The notes under the pieces are model-generated. The model was not told where the DNA came from and did no database searches. It saw only the letters and a program-made list of their open reading frames with translations. Position numbers and translations under genes: made by a program. From an uncultured delta proteobacterium (lineage in GTDB: Bacteria; Desulfobacterota; Binatia; Binatales; Binataceae), in assembly GCA_963808235.1 (NCBI GenBank), contig CAWEEQ010000004.1, forward strand, positions 2,176,001-2,240,000: 64,000 nt of DNA. Reading direction: 5' to 3'. Of this stretch, positions 1 to 10,058 are shown piece after piece (position 1 is the first letter of the stretch; every line of letters starts with the position of its first letter).

Positions 1-2
1 AT

Positions 3-1157
3 GCAAGCCTGTTCCGCCTCTATCCCGAAGCGCAGCTGAGCGGATTTTATTCCGACAATATCCCGCTTAGAACGAACAACGGAGAGGGGGACTTCGCGGG
101 ACTACTGGTGGCCGGCTTTTACCTGGACTATACGTCGGCGGCCAGATACGCGTCGTTGCACTGGGACACCTATGCCCAGTTGTTCGCCCATCAGAGCAAA
201 TTCGATCGCGCCGGCGAAGGTCAATTTGTAAGAGGGACGGACTACGAGAATTTGTCGCCGACAACGAAGCTACGGTTCGATGATTTCTACTATCGCGACG
301 CGCAGACCCCGGTTGTGATCACGACCAGCGACCAGGCTCCGCAACTCAACCCGATGCTGGCGATTGCGTTGCTTGCCGGCGATACCTCGTCAGCTAACCA
401 CTTCAGTGCGGATTTGTACCACGACTGGGGACGCAACTGGTACAGCGAGCTGAGCGTTCATCAGACTACTTACTGGTTCGACTCGCAGAACGGCAGGCAG
501 ACTAGCACCACTTATAGCCAACTGGTCAGCGCCTTCCTGGAATATCGGTTTAGCGAAAAATTTTCCGCCGGGCCGGGTTATCGCTTCTACGACTTCAGAT
601 TTACCGAACCCGGAGAACCTGGCGCAGAGGCGCATTGGCCGTTCCTGCGAATTCAATGGTTACCGACGAAACAGATTCTGTTTCAGGGTAACGTCGGCCC
701 CGTCTATTCCTACACGTTTGGGACGGACCGCCAGACGGTGAATGTGGCCGGAATCGGGTTGTTAGAATATCGGTTTCATCGCGGCCGGTTCAGCGTCTAT
801 GGCGGCCAGGAACCTGAAGTGACTCCCGGACTCGGTGGTGCAGGCATCCTGAGACTTGTCACTGGCCATATTTCCTATGAAGTCACGCGTCGTATGACTG
901 CTGGCTTCGGGGCCGCCTTCTACGACTCGAGTAGCAACAGGGTCGACGGTCAACTCATAACCTGGGGACCTTCATTGATCGATCGACTCAACAATTGGCT
1001 TACCGTTTCCACTCGTTTTGTGCAGGTTCGCCGCAACCTGAGCGGTCCTTCCCAGTTCCTGCCCGAAGATAACATGCAGGGAACGGAGGCAGTCGCCAAT
1101 TACATTGTGGTGGGGATGAGTGTTTCGTTCGAAGCGTTCCGTTGGAGTTGGCAATGA
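3..1157 (+). CDS. Outer-membrane beta-barrel protein of a polysaccharide export system (5'-truncated by window edge)
   Basis: Frame is open from position 3 (ASLFRLYPEAQLSGFYSDNI...). It has a YSDNI motif and alternating aromatic beta-strands, and its stop overlaps the wzc start (ATGA). Confidence 0.7.
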   Translation, partial: ASLFRLYPEAQLSGFYSDNIPLRTNNGEGDFAGLLVAGFYLDYTSAARYASLHWDTYAQLFAHQSKFDRAGEGQFVRGTDYENLSPTTKLRFDDFYYRDAQTPVVITTSDQAPQLNPMLAIALLAGDTSSANHFSADLYHDWGRNWYSELSVHQTTYWFDSQNGRQTSTTYSQLVSAFLEYRFSEKFSAGPGYRFYDFRFTEPGEPGAEAHWPFLRIQWLPTKQILFQGNVGPVYSYTFGTDRQTVNVAGIGLLEYRFHRGRFSVYGGQEPEVTPGLGGAGILRLVTGHISYEVTRRMTAGFGAAFYDSSSNRVDGQLITWGPSLIDRLNNWLTVSTRFVQVRRNLSGPSQFLPEDNMQGTEAVANYIVVGMSVSFEAFRWSWQ

Positions 1158-3499
1158 GTAATCAGACCTTCATTAGCGTCGGGCCTTACTGGGACATCAT
1201 CTACCGGCATCGGAGGGCCTTCTTTTCAACCCTCATAACGGGATTGGCGCTGACCGTTTTGGCGCTGTTTGTGATTCCCAAGCAATACACTTCATCGGCG
1301 CTGCTGGAAGTCTGGGACGCCGATGTTCAGCCCGCTTTGATTGGCGCGGAAACCGAAAAGAGCCCGCAGAATACTCACATTGAATCGAAGCTGGAGGCGC
1401 TCAGCCAACAGACCATCGCTCGCGCACGTCTTCAGGAATTGATCTCGAAGCACCGACTGTATCTTCGCGACGGCAAGCCTCAGCCCGGCGCGGCGGGAGA
1501 AATGGCCGGCGCGATATCGATTAGCATCCCCGAGTCAGTGTTGCAGTCAAAGGTGCCGAGTCGCTGGCAGAAATTGCTTCCTCCGGACGCGATCGAGATT
1601 TCGTTTCAATACGGCGATCCGGCCAAGGCGCAAGCGACGACGAACGATCTGGCGAATATTATGATCGAGGTGTATCGCCAGGAACTCGGTCAGCACAATG
1701 CGGAGACCGTCAATCTGATTTCGAGCCAACTGGACGAGACCCGGGCCAAGCTCGCCGAAAGCCAGCGCCAAATCAAAGTCCTGAAGGAGAAATATCGCGG
1801 GAGCTTGCCACAAGACCTCGATGACAACGTCAGGACCTTGCAGGCGCTTCAATTGCAGGTCGGACGATCCGCCCAGATCGCCAGCAAGGGCGAGGAAGCG
1901 GATGGAAGTTCGTCGACTCCGGCAAAAGCAAATACGCCCGACGCGGCGTTGGCGGCGTTGAAGACAAAGCTGGTTGCGCTTAACGCGCAGTATAGCGACG
2001 AGTATCCAGCGGTGATCGAGACCAAGTCGCAGATCGCCATCCTGGAGAAGGAAGTCGAGAACGAAGTCGCAAGCGAGGCCGCGAAATCCAGACCGAGCTC
2101 TGTCGCGCCTGCCCCCAACTCGGCCACCGGCTTGATCCAGCAGCAAATCGCCGACTATCAGCGCAAGATCGCCGAAACCCCGGCGCATGAGGAAGCTATC
2201 GCGGTCGTGAACCGCGACTTCGAAATCCTGTCGAACCGATATCACGAGCTCAGCAATCGTTTGTTTGAAGCTCGCGCCGACCAGGAAGTGTCTGAGCGCG
2301 GTCAGGGCGAGCGTTTGAAGGTGCTGCGGTCCGCGTCACATCCCACGAATCCATCTTATCCGGTTCCTCTTGTCGTGATTGGCGGTGGCATCGCAGCGAC
2401 GCTGTTCATGGCGCTGGCAATCCCGTTCGGGCTGTTCTACACGGATACTTCATTCAAAGACTCCGATGACATCAAAGCCGAGTTTACCGATGTCAACGCG
2501 ATTTCCATCTCGCGCGTGCCGGAGGTCGAACGCCGTTACCTGAACGGCGGGACGAAATCTGGGGAGGCTCCGCTCGCGCTGCCGGAAAATGGAGCCGCGG
2601 GCGACTCTCACTCAAACGGAGCCGAACGCTCCGCCAACGGCGCTCAAACCAACTCCGATGGCGTATCGGCTGACCAAAATGGCGCTAATGGAGATATGGG
2701 CCCTTACACGGGCCGCGAGGCAAGGTTTGCCCAGCGCTTTCCGGCGCCGCCCCTGGTGGCGGCTGGATCAGAGATCATCACCACCGCAGCTGACGAGTTC
2801 CAGCTGCTGGCCTTCAAGCTGAGAGGATGGGCGGCCCAGCACGAAAACGCGAAGGTATTCGTCGTTGCGAGCGCCGTCGGAGGCGAGGGAAAGAGTTTTA
2901 TCGCGTTGAACCTGGCGGCCGCGCTGGCCGTATCAGGGAGCGGCGCTCTGTTGATCGACGCCGATATTCGCGCGCCCTTTCAGCATTATGCTTTTCCGGT
3001 GCCGAAAGTGGACGGGCTGCTCGGATATCTGCAGGGAACCACGGAATTCGCTGCCACCGTCCTGGCTACGCCCGTGCCTGGTCTCAGCCTGCTGCCCTCG
3101 GGAGGAACGAGCAACCGCGCGCCGGAATACCTCGCTTCCTCCAAAATGGACCAGTTGATGGATACCTTGAAGAACAGCGGTGCCTATCAGTACATCATAA
3201 TCGATACGCCGCCTGCATTGCTGGTTCCGGATGCCCAGATTCTGTCCCGGGCGGGCGACGGCACAATTCTCGTAACCGCCGCCGACAGCACCTCACGCGC
3301 CGCGACCACCAAAACGTTTCTTATGTTCGATCCCGAGAGTTTGTTCGGCGTGGTGCTCAACCGGTTCAAGCCTTCCTATTCCACGGTGCGCAGCGAGCGC
3401 TATGGCCGCTACGGACGGTACGGCCGATATGGGCGCTACGGGAAATACTCGAAATACTCGAAGTACTCGAAGTACGCGAACAATGAATCGAGCGAATGA
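1154..3499 (+). CDS. wzc: Polysaccharide co-polymerase / BY-kinase (Wzc/GumC-type)
   Basis: Two TM helices flank a coiled-coil periplasmic domain. Walker A SAVGGEGKS, A' LLIDADIR, Walker B IIIDTPP and a C-terminal Tyr cluster are present. Confidence 0.93.
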   Translation: MSNQTFISVGPYWDIIYRHRRAFFSTLITGLALTVLALFVIPKQYTSSALLEVWDADVQPALIGAETEKSPQNTHIESKLEALSQQTIARARLQELISKHRLYLRDGKPQPGAAGEMAGAISISIPESVLQSKVPSRWQKLLPPDAIEISFQYGDPAKAQATTNDLANIMIEVYRQELGQHNAETVNLISSQLDETRAKLAESQRQIKVLKEKYRGSLPQDLDDNVRTLQALQLQVGRSAQIASKGEEADGSSSTPAKANTPDAALAALKTKLVALNAQYSDEYPAVIETKSQIAILEKEVENEVASEAAKSRPSSVAPAPNSATGLIQQQIADYQRKIAETPAHEEAIAVVNRDFEILSNRYHELSNRLFEARADQEVSERGQGERLKVLRSASHPTNPSYPVPLVVIGGGIAATLFMALAIPFGLFYTDTSFKDSDDIKAEFTDVNAISISRVPEVERRYLNGGTKSGEAPLALPENGAAGDSHSNGAERSANGAQTNSDGVSADQNGANGDMGPYTGREARFAQRFPAPPLVAAGSEIITTAADEFQLLAFKLRGWAAQHENAKVFVVASAVGGEGKSFIALNLAAALAVSGSGALLIDADIRAPFQHYAFPVPKVDGLLGYLQGTTEFAATVLATPVPGLSLLPSGGTSNRAPEYLASSKMDQLMDTLKNSGAYQYIIIDTPPALLVPDAQILSRAGDGTILVTAADSTSRAATTKTFLMFDPESLFGVVLNRFKPSYSTVRSERYGRYGRYGRYGRYGKYSKYSKYSKYANNESSE
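3398..3478 (+). repeat. 9-nt coding tandem repeat encoding (RYG)5(KYS)3KYA, the Tyr cluster of Wzc
   Basis: cgc tat ggc / cgc tac gga / cgg tac ggc / cga tat ggg / cgc tac ggg / aaa tac tcg x2 / aag tac tcg / aag tac gcg. Confidence 0.95.
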
Positions 3500-4749
3500 C
3501 TGACGGCGCGTTCAGCTTAAGCCCGCCAGGATCGTTCGCCTTAAGCGTCGATTCAGCTTTTCAAGACGAGGTGCGCGGCGAACTGGAGCGCCTGCTCGCG
3601 CGCGTTCGCAACTGCGCCGCCGCTCCATGCGTCGCCGGCGTGCTCCTGACCGGGAGTTTCGCTCGCGGTGAGGGAACCGTAATTCCTCATCCTCAAACCA
3701 AAAGCCGATGGTTGAGCGACGTCGAGTGCCTGGTGGTGGTTCGCGGCGGCATCGTTTCGAACCGGGAACTTGATCGGTCGATGCGGCAAGTCGAGATGGA
3801 CACCAACTCCGACGCTGTCAACGCCGCGCGTGGAATCAAGGTTGAATTGCGCGCCATTCTGAGCCAGGGGATGACTCGCCTGCGGCCCGGGATCTCTACC
3901 CGTGAGTTGTGCGAGCATGCAAAACTGCTTTGGGGTGATCCGGCCGAGATTCCTTTTCCGGGCATGTCGGCGAGCGGAGAAGCTATATCCAAATCTGACG
4001 CATTTCGCTTGCTGAACAATCGGATCATCGAACAAATTGCAGTACGCAGTGAGTATACGGACCGTGCCAACGATAGTACTACGACTGCATACTCACTGGC
4101 CAAATTCTGGATCGATCTGGGGACCTCACTGTCGGTTTTTCTGGGATGCTACCAGCCGGGATATCGAAGCAGGCAAAAGCCGGTCGAAGATGCGCTCTGC
4201 GCGCACCAGGATATTTTGGGAACCGAAATGAGCGGCCGGCTCCTCTCCCATTTCCGCAACGCGATGGCTCAAAAGCTCTGCCAAACTGGATTCCCGTCCG
4301 GAGATCTCGATCCCGAGTTCAACGAGGCGGTTGAGATTGCCCGCGCGATCTGGAACTGGGAAAGCGACCAGCTTCTGGGCACCAGCACGGCTGCGGGCGA
4401 TTGGCGCGGGATCTTCGCACGGCTGAGCGGAATCGAGACCGCCGCACACCGTTTTCGTGACTGGGCGCGAGTATTGCGCAGGCCGTCCGGATTGCGTCAG
4501 CTGGGAGCGCGCGCGATGCTTGCCGCGGCGCGGGCCGGTTCGCTCGCCACGCTCATATACGGAACCGGATGCGTGATCGATTTCTTCTGGGAAGAGATCG
4601 GATCGGATAGAGGCCGGGGGAGCGAGATGATGGCCGAGCTTTGCCGGGCTCTCGGTGTTGAAGCGCAGGACCCATCGGAACGCAGGCGGCTGCTGACGCG
4701 CGCGACGCTCGGGGCCTGGGAGAATCATTTGAGGTTCGCCGCCGCATGA
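3496..4749 (+). CDS. Pol-beta superfamily nucleotidyltransferase-domain protein, function unknown
   Basis: VLLTGSFARGEG...LSDVECLVV matches the hG[GS]...DhD/E motif. The C-terminal part is helical. Start overlaps the wzc stop (ATGA). Confidence 0.65.
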   Translation: MTDGAFSLSPPGSFALSVDSAFQDEVRGELERLLARVRNCAAAPCVAGVLLTGSFARGEGTVIPHPQTKSRWLSDVECLVVVRGGIVSNRELDRSMRQVEMDTNSDAVNAARGIKVELRAILSQGMTRLRPGISTRELCEHAKLLWGDPAEIPFPGMSASGEAISKSDAFRLLNNRIIEQIAVRSEYTDRANDSTTTAYSLAKFWIDLGTSLSVFLGCYQPGYRSRQKPVEDALCAHQDILGTEMSGRLLSHFRNAMAQKLCQTGFPSGDLDPEFNEAVEIARAIWNWESDQLLGTSTAAGDWRGIFARLSGIETAAHRFRDWARVLRRPSGLRQLGARAMLAAARAGSLATLIYGTGCVIDFFWEEIGSDRGRGSEMMAELCRALGVEAQDPSERRRLLTRATLGAWENHLRFAAA

Positions 4750-4768
4750 AGAGGACGGGCTTAGCGCG

Positions 4769-6046
4769 GTGATTCTTTATTTCCTATTTCTGTTCCTCGT
4801 TCCGTTCCAGGAGCATCCGATTCTGGGCGCGCCGCTCTTCGTGGTCGGACAATTTCCGTTCACGCCGATTAAATTGGTGGGAATTCCCCTGATCGTCGCC
4901 GTGCTGCTGCTTTCGCGGCCGCCTGACGCGGCGCCGCGTCCAGGCGTCGTGATTCTGTTGCTGTTTACCGCATTCGCGCTGTTTCAAGTGGTCGGGACGA
5001 CCCTGTCTTCCTTAAACTTTCCGGCGACTGATGCATCGACCCTGTTTTCCTTTGCGATCCTGATGTTCGCGACGAATATCCTGATCACCACTAAACACAG
5101 ATTGCAAATGACTATTCGCACGATTGTGCTGGTCGAAACTTACGCCAGCACCTGGCTGTACAAGCAGTATTACATTTATCACTGGCCGCGCCCGATTGGC
5201 CCGTCGAACGACCCCAACTATGAGGCACTCTCCCTGGTCATCGCGGTACCGCTCGCAATCTGGTTGGCGCGCCAGGAAGTTCGCCCTTTGTGGAAATGGA
5301 TCGGCCGGGTTTGCAGCCCGATTCTTATTTTTGCAGTGTTCGTCTCGCAGTCGCGAGGGGCGTTGCTAGCGCTGGTTGTGATGACCGTGCTGGCGTGGAT
5401 GAATTCCCGGCACAAATTCCGATTGGCGGTTGGATTCGCCGCCGCTGCAACCCTCTTGTTAGCGATTTCTCCTAACCAAATGATTCAGCGAATCCAGGAT
5501 ATTCAATTTCAGGGAACGGCGAAGTCTGGCGCTGGAGAGTCGACGCGAGTTCGCGTCGAGCTGGCGCGATCCGGAATCCACATGATGGAGTCGCATCCGG
5601 TTTTTGGTGTAGGGCTTGGGCAATTCAAGTCGTTTGAATTTCACTACAACTCCATACTGGAAGAGCTTGAGCCAGACCCTAAAGTCGCGCACAACACTTA
5701 CGTGCAGCTCGGTGCGGAGGGAGGAATACCCACGCTGGCGCTATATCTGGCAATTCTGGCGGTGACCCTGGCGATCTGCAGGAGTGCGCAGAAGTCGCCG
5801 GGCGTGCCCGAGGATATCGCGGCGCTCGCATTGTCATTTCAGATCGGGCTGATTGGCATCATGGTGGCAGAGTTCTTTCTCACCGCCCAATACATCAAGG
5901 GAGTCTGGGTATTCATCTCTCTTGCGCCAAATTTGTATGCAATTTCCATGTACCTTGCTGCCAATACGAAGAGCACCGCACCGGCTTCCGCGGCAGCGAG
6001 GGCGCAACCCGCGATAATTGTGACGCCACGCCGGCTTGCGGGATGA
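4769..6046 (+). CDS. O-antigen ligase / Wzy-like polymerase family membrane protein
   Basis: Multi-TM protein with the motifs NDPN, SQSRGA, HPVFGVGLG and AHNTYVQLGAEGG. Confidence 0.88.
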   Translation: MILYFLFLFLVPFQEHPILGAPLFVVGQFPFTPIKLVGIPLIVAVLLLSRPPDAAPRPGVVILLLFTAFALFQVVGTTLSSLNFPATDASTLFSFAILMFATNILITTKHRLQMTIRTIVLVETYASTWLYKQYYIYHWPRPIGPSNDPNYEALSLVIAVPLAIWLARQEVRPLWKWIGRVCSPILIFAVFVSQSRGALLALVVMTVLAWMNSRHKFRLAVGFAAAATLLLAISPNQMIQRIQDIQFQGTAKSGAGESTRVRVELARSGIHMMESHPVFGVGLGQFKSFEFHYNSILEELEPDPKVAHNTYVQLGAEGGIPTLALYLAILAVTLAICRSAQKSPGVPEDIAALALSFQIGLIGIMVAEFFLTAQYIKGVWVFISLAPNLYAISMYLAANTKSTAPASAAARAQPAIIVTPRRLAG

Positions 6047-6074
6047 CAACCTCAGTTCGGCTCGAGATGGTCCG

Positions 6075-6737
6075 ATGAAGTCACGGGGTCTCCTGAGTCG
6101 CGTCCTTTATCATTCGCCTTTCTTCGCGCTGGTTGCGGCGCGGTATCCGTATTTTTTCACGCCGGCGCAGCTCGCTTATTTGTGCGATTGTCTCGATCGG
6201 ACCCTTGATCTTCCCGGGTGCATCGTAGAGGTCGGATGCGCCCGCGGATTCACGACGATCTTTCTCAATCGCCATCTACGGGCTCGGGGCATCCAGAAGC
6301 CATACTATGCCCTCGACACATTCGGCGGATTCACCGGCCGCGACGTCAGCCACGAGGTCGAAGCTCGCGGCAAGAGCCCACGCTTGGGCACCCACTTTAC
6401 AGTCAACGATCAGCGGTGGTTCGACCGTTCCATGCAACTCGCCGGATGCAGCAATGTCCGTTCGATCAAATGCGATGCGGTCGAATTCGACTACTCTTCA
6501 CTCGGCCCGATTGCATTAGCTTTGTGCGACGTGGATCTGTACCTGCCAAGCAAGTCGGCTTTGAAGGGAACCTATGACCACTTGCTGCCCGGTGGCATTA
6601 TCGTCTGCGACGATTGCGTACCTTCTGGATGCTATGATGGAGCTCTGCTGGCGTATCAGGAGATGGTGGCTGAAAACGGCTGCGCGCAAAGTATCGTTCA
6701 CGATAAGCTGGGAGTCATCGCGAAATCTCCGTCCTGA
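6075..6737 (+). CDS. TylF/MycF/NovP-like O-methyltransferase (copy 1)
   Basis: PGCIVEVGCARG, LDTFGGF, CDVDLY and PGGIIVCDD motifs. Start uncertain (6036 or 6075). Confidence 0.8.
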   Translation: MKSRGLLSRVLYHSPFFALVAARYPYFFTPAQLAYLCDCLDRTLDLPGCIVEVGCARGFTTIFLNRHLRARGIQKPYYALDTFGGFTGRDVSHEVEARGKSPRLGTHFTVNDQRWFDRSMQLAGCSNVRSIKCDAVEFDYSSLGPIALALCDVDLYLPSKSALKGTYDHLLPGGIIVCDDCVPSGCYDGALLAYQEMVAENGCAQSIVHDKLGVIAKSPS

Positions 6738-6755
6738 ATCACGCCTGCGCACCGG

Positions 6756-7928
6756 ATGAAGATCCTGCTCGTTTCAGAGATGATTCCGTGGCTGCCGAGT
6801 CATGACGGTTTCCGGCTGATACCCGCAAACCTCATTCGTAATCTCTCCGATCATGTCGAAATTCACCTGATCGCGGTGTCAGATCGCGGAGCAGGCGACG
6901 AGCGATCGGAGTGGCCGCGCGCGTATTGCCGATCGGTCTCGATTTTTCGTTCCGATCATGGAATTAGCGCCCGAATGCGCTCGATAAAGGGTGCGGTTGA
7001 TCCTTCGCTGGCGCGGCTGGTCGCAGACACGGTGGCAAAAGTGCGCCCGGACGTCCTCCATCTCGAAGGCGGAGGATTAGCACCTCTGCTTCGCTCGGCG
7101 TCGCGCGGTTTGCCCGCGATTCTCTCCGTTCACGACTCGAAGGCGTTGCGCTACCTGGAATTCGCCGGCTTTGCCGCGGCGCCGCGAAAGCGGATTCGTC
7201 TGAAGCTTCTCTCAGTTCTCGCTCGTCGCCAGGAGCGCCGATGGTTTGGCTATGCGGACCGCGTCGTAGTCACCTCCCCATTCGACGCACAGGCGCTGTC
7301 GGCCGCGGTGAAAGCAGATCAAATCGCAGTGATACCCAACGGCGTCGACCTTGAGTATTTCGACTACCGGCCGGCACCGGAGGCTGGACGAATCGTTTTC
7401 ACCGGCAATATGAGCTGGCCGCCCAATGAAGATGCGGCCGAACATTTTGTTCGGGACGTCATGCCGGCAATCCAGAACCGGATTCCCGGCGCGTCATTCT
7501 GGATCGTAGGCGCCGAGCCATCGGCACGAGTCCGAAGCCTCGCGACCATTCCAGGAATTCACGTCACTGGGACCGTCGCCGACATTCGGCCCTGGTTTTG
7601 GAGTGCGGCCGCCTATGTCAGTCCGCTGAGATTTGGACTCGGCGTAAAGAACAAAATTCTCGAGGCGATGGCTCTGGGAGCGCCCATCGTTGCAACGTCG
7701 CAGAGCCTTACCGGAACGCCATTGATTGACGGACGTCACGCGATGATTGCCGATGACGATACAAAATTCGCTGAGTCGGTTATCAGGCTTCTGGACGAGC
7801 CCGAGCTCGGGAACTCGCTGTCGCGCGAGGCGCGTCGCCTGGTCGAGGCGGAGTATTCCTGGCACTCGATCGCGTCGGCATTTGAAGAACTGTATGGCGA
7901 GATCTTGAAGCGACGCGATGCCGCATAG
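6756..7928 (+). CDS. Glycosyltransferase family 4
   Basis: IPNGVD, FTGNMSWPPNEDA and KNKILEAMALGAPIVAT motifs. Confidence 0.92.
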   Translation: MKILLVSEMIPWLPSHDGFRLIPANLIRNLSDHVEIHLIAVSDRGAGDERSEWPRAYCRSVSIFRSDHGISARMRSIKGAVDPSLARLVADTVAKVRPDVLHLEGGGLAPLLRSASRGLPAILSVHDSKALRYLEFAGFAAAPRKRIRLKLLSVLARRQERRWFGYADRVVVTSPFDAQALSAAVKADQIAVIPNGVDLEYFDYRPAPEAGRIVFTGNMSWPPNEDAAEHFVRDVMPAIQNRIPGASFWIVGAEPSARVRSLATIPGIHVTGTVADIRPWFWSAAAYVSPLRFGLGVKNKILEAMALGAPIVATSQSLTGTPLIDGRHAMIADDDTKFAESVIRLLDEPELGNSLSREARRLVEAEYSWHSIASAFEELYGEILKRRDAA

Positions 7929-7937
7929 CGGGGGAGT

Positions 7938-9068
7938 CTATCCGGCCGGGCGACTGGCCTCGCCACCGTCAGCCGCAGGCGGCGGATGCTCACTGATGAT
8001 CTGCGATGGTACCGAATCCCTCGCCAGAGCTTTCCCCCGTCGGCGCCGCGGCATCAAGCCGCGCTGGATTACTTTCAATGCCACGGCTCGTGGCAGCAGT
8101 GCGGCGAGCGGAAACCAGAGCGTGTGAAAAAGCCTGCTTCGAAGGTTGTATCCGGGATTTCGCCAGGTGGATCTGATTCCCATGCAGATCAGGCGCGTGG
8201 CGCGATCGTCGATTACTGGGTGATGGGTCGGGTCGACACGCAATGAGGCCAATCGGTACTTCAGATGCGCCGGCTCACGCGCGGCCCACTCGCGCGGGAT
8301 TGTGAACCCTGCGCTCCCGGCGAACTCGGACAGCGCCCATTCGCGTTGCAGATCGATGACTATCTTGACGCGCAACTTTCGCGAATCCAGTCCCTCGCCC
8401 AGCATCCCATGATTGGACTCGTGAATCCGGTAACAACCGAGAGTTTTTCTGAGCGAAATTACATCGCCCAAAAACGGCGCAATGATTTCCAGCGAGGTGT
8501 CGGCCGCCTGATGCCACTGTGATTCGGGCAACGGCAGAAGGCGGTCGAGAACCGTTCGCGCGAACGCGTTCCCGCTGGTTGGAACTCCGATGTAGCCGCC
8601 CGCATCGAGGATCGACGCCCGCAGGTCCCCCTGGGCCATCTGCGCCGGCGAATATGGAACGATTCCTCCAAGCGCACCTCCATCCGCGTCGATATGGGCA
8701 AGAACGAATTGCGCCTTCGCCACGCCCGGACGCCACGCTCGCACGACCTCTTCGACCGCATTGGGCAGCAGCAAATCGTCCGCGTCGAGAAACATCACGA
8801 TAGTTCCGTGACTTGCGAGAAATCCCGCGTTGAATGCGGATGCGTGGCCGCCGTTTGGCTTGAAGATCGCGCATACACGGCTGCCGTAACTTGAAACTAC
8901 CTCGCGGGAATTGTCGGTCGAACCATCATCGACGACTACTACTTCGAGCGGCGCATAAGTCTGCGCGAGGGCGCTGTCCACCGCCGCACGCAGGAAGCGA
9001 GCATAGTTGAAATTGTCAATTATGACAGATACGAGCGGTCCGGAATCGCGCCGAATTTCCGAAGTCAT
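7938..9068 (-). CDS. Glycosyltransferase family 2
   Basis: VSVIIDNFNYARFL, VVVDDGSTD, NGGHASAFN and FLDADD motifs. Confidence 0.92.
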   Translation of the reverse strand: MTSEIRRDSGPLVSVIIDNFNYARFLRAAVDSALAQTYAPLEVVVVDDGSTDNSREVVSSYGSRVCAIFKPNGGHASAFNAGFLASHGTIVMFLDADDLLLPNAVEEVVRAWRPGVAKAQFVLAHIDADGGALGGIVPYSPAQMAQGDLRASILDAGGYIGVPTSGNAFARTVLDRLLPLPESQWHQAADTSLEIIAPFLGDVISLRKTLGCYRIHESNHGMLGEGLDSRKLRVKIVIDLQREWALSEFAGSAGFTIPREWAAREPAHLKYRLASLRVDPTHHPVIDDRATRLICMGIRSTWRNPGYNLRSRLFHTLWFPLAALLPRAVALKVIQRGLMPRRRRGKALARDSVPSQIISEHPPPAADGGEASRPAG

Positions 9069-10058
9069 TTATCGGGTCAACGTTGAGTCAGTTACCGCCT
9101 TCTTCTGAGTCTTCTGGCGCAGCGCGCCGGGCTTCCAAGATGAGAGATCTCTTCCCGTCAACCGTTCTAACTCTTTCGTCTCGGGAAGCATCATGTGCCG
9201 AATCTCGTCGGCGGAGGATTCGCTGAGCGGTTGATAGTCCTCCGCGAATAGCGGGCGCATCCGTTGTCCAACGCGCGACTCTTTAGTGCGACGTATCAGC
9301 GCCGATCCGCCGAGATGAGCGAGCCATTGAATTGAACCTATCGCAAGTCCGGAAATGGGGTTATCTCGCGCCCGGGACCATACCGACAATACCTTGACAT
9401 CGTTTACCGGCGATTTTTCCAGACCCACTCTCGGGACTCCGACGAAGTCGCAGACCTTGTTCAGGTAGACTTGAGGATCGGACATCAACTCTTCGTAAAA
9501 TAACACCAGCACGCGATCGCTGCCGAATGCGTCCTGCCACCTGCGCAGCTGGGTTGCGTAGCCGCAGAGATCCGATCCCCAATGCACCAGAGACAGCCAA
9601 TATCTGTCGAAATCAACAGATCGTTGTAGCAGGCGCCCCCTGCACATAAACCGATACTGCGAATACAAGCGCGTCGCCGGATCGCGAAGGGTGCAAATTA
9701 TCTTGCAGTTCGGAATGTCACGCTGAATCTTTTCTCGAGCTACGGCATTTGCAAAGTAAGACGGCGCAACCTCGCCGCAATGGAACTCTGGCGGGGCATC
9801 CTTGAAAAAATCAGCGTACCACTTCAGGCCGAGATGGTACCGCAACTCGAAAAATTGCGTCTCCTTCTCGGCGGGCAGGCATACGTGATCGCGCAGCGCC
9901 TCGTGCAGCCAGGTCGTTCCAGTGCGGGGCGGTCCGACGTGTATAAAGTCTGGAAGGCGTAGAGGCTTTCCGTTGCCAGCTTCGATATCCATAAGCGTTT
10001 GTGCAGTCCGTACCGTGTTATCCAGAGAGTGACCGAACCTCCCCACGACGGTCGTCAA
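9069..10058 (-). CDS. PAPS-dependent sulfotransferase
   Basis: 5'-PSB loop LPDFIHVGPPRTGTTWL, KETQFF, and 3'-PB motif LRDPATRLYSQY. The true start may be the downstream ATG (MDIEAG). Confidence 0.9.
   Translation of the reverse strand: MTTVVGRFGHSLDNTVRTAQTLMDIEAGNGKPLRLPDFIHVGPPRTGTTWLHEALRDHVCLPAEKETQFFELRYHLGLKWYADFFKDAPPEFHCGEVAPSYFANAVAREKIQRDIPNCKIICTLRDPATRLYSQYRFMCRGRLLQRSVDFDRYWLSLVHWGSDLCGYATQLRRWQDAFGSDRVLVLFYEELMSDPQVYLNKVCDFVGVPRVGLEKSPVNDVKVLSVWSRARDNPISGLAIGSIQWLAHLGGSALIRRTKESRVGQRMRPLFAEDYQPLSESSADEIRHMMLPETKELERLTGRDLSSWKPGALRQKTQKKAVTDSTLTR

Noticed and set aside
3398-3478. Tandem repeats here, at 30814-30957 and at 61693-61735 as a possible CRISPR array
   Set aside because: There are no unique spacers, the units are too short or are coding repeats, and no cas genes are present.
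3496-4749. MNT-HEPN toxin-antitoxin or CBASS cyclase
   Set aside because: There is no adjacent HEPN toxin or Cap effector, and the gene is translationally coupled inside the EPS operon. This is not formally excluded without a structure search.
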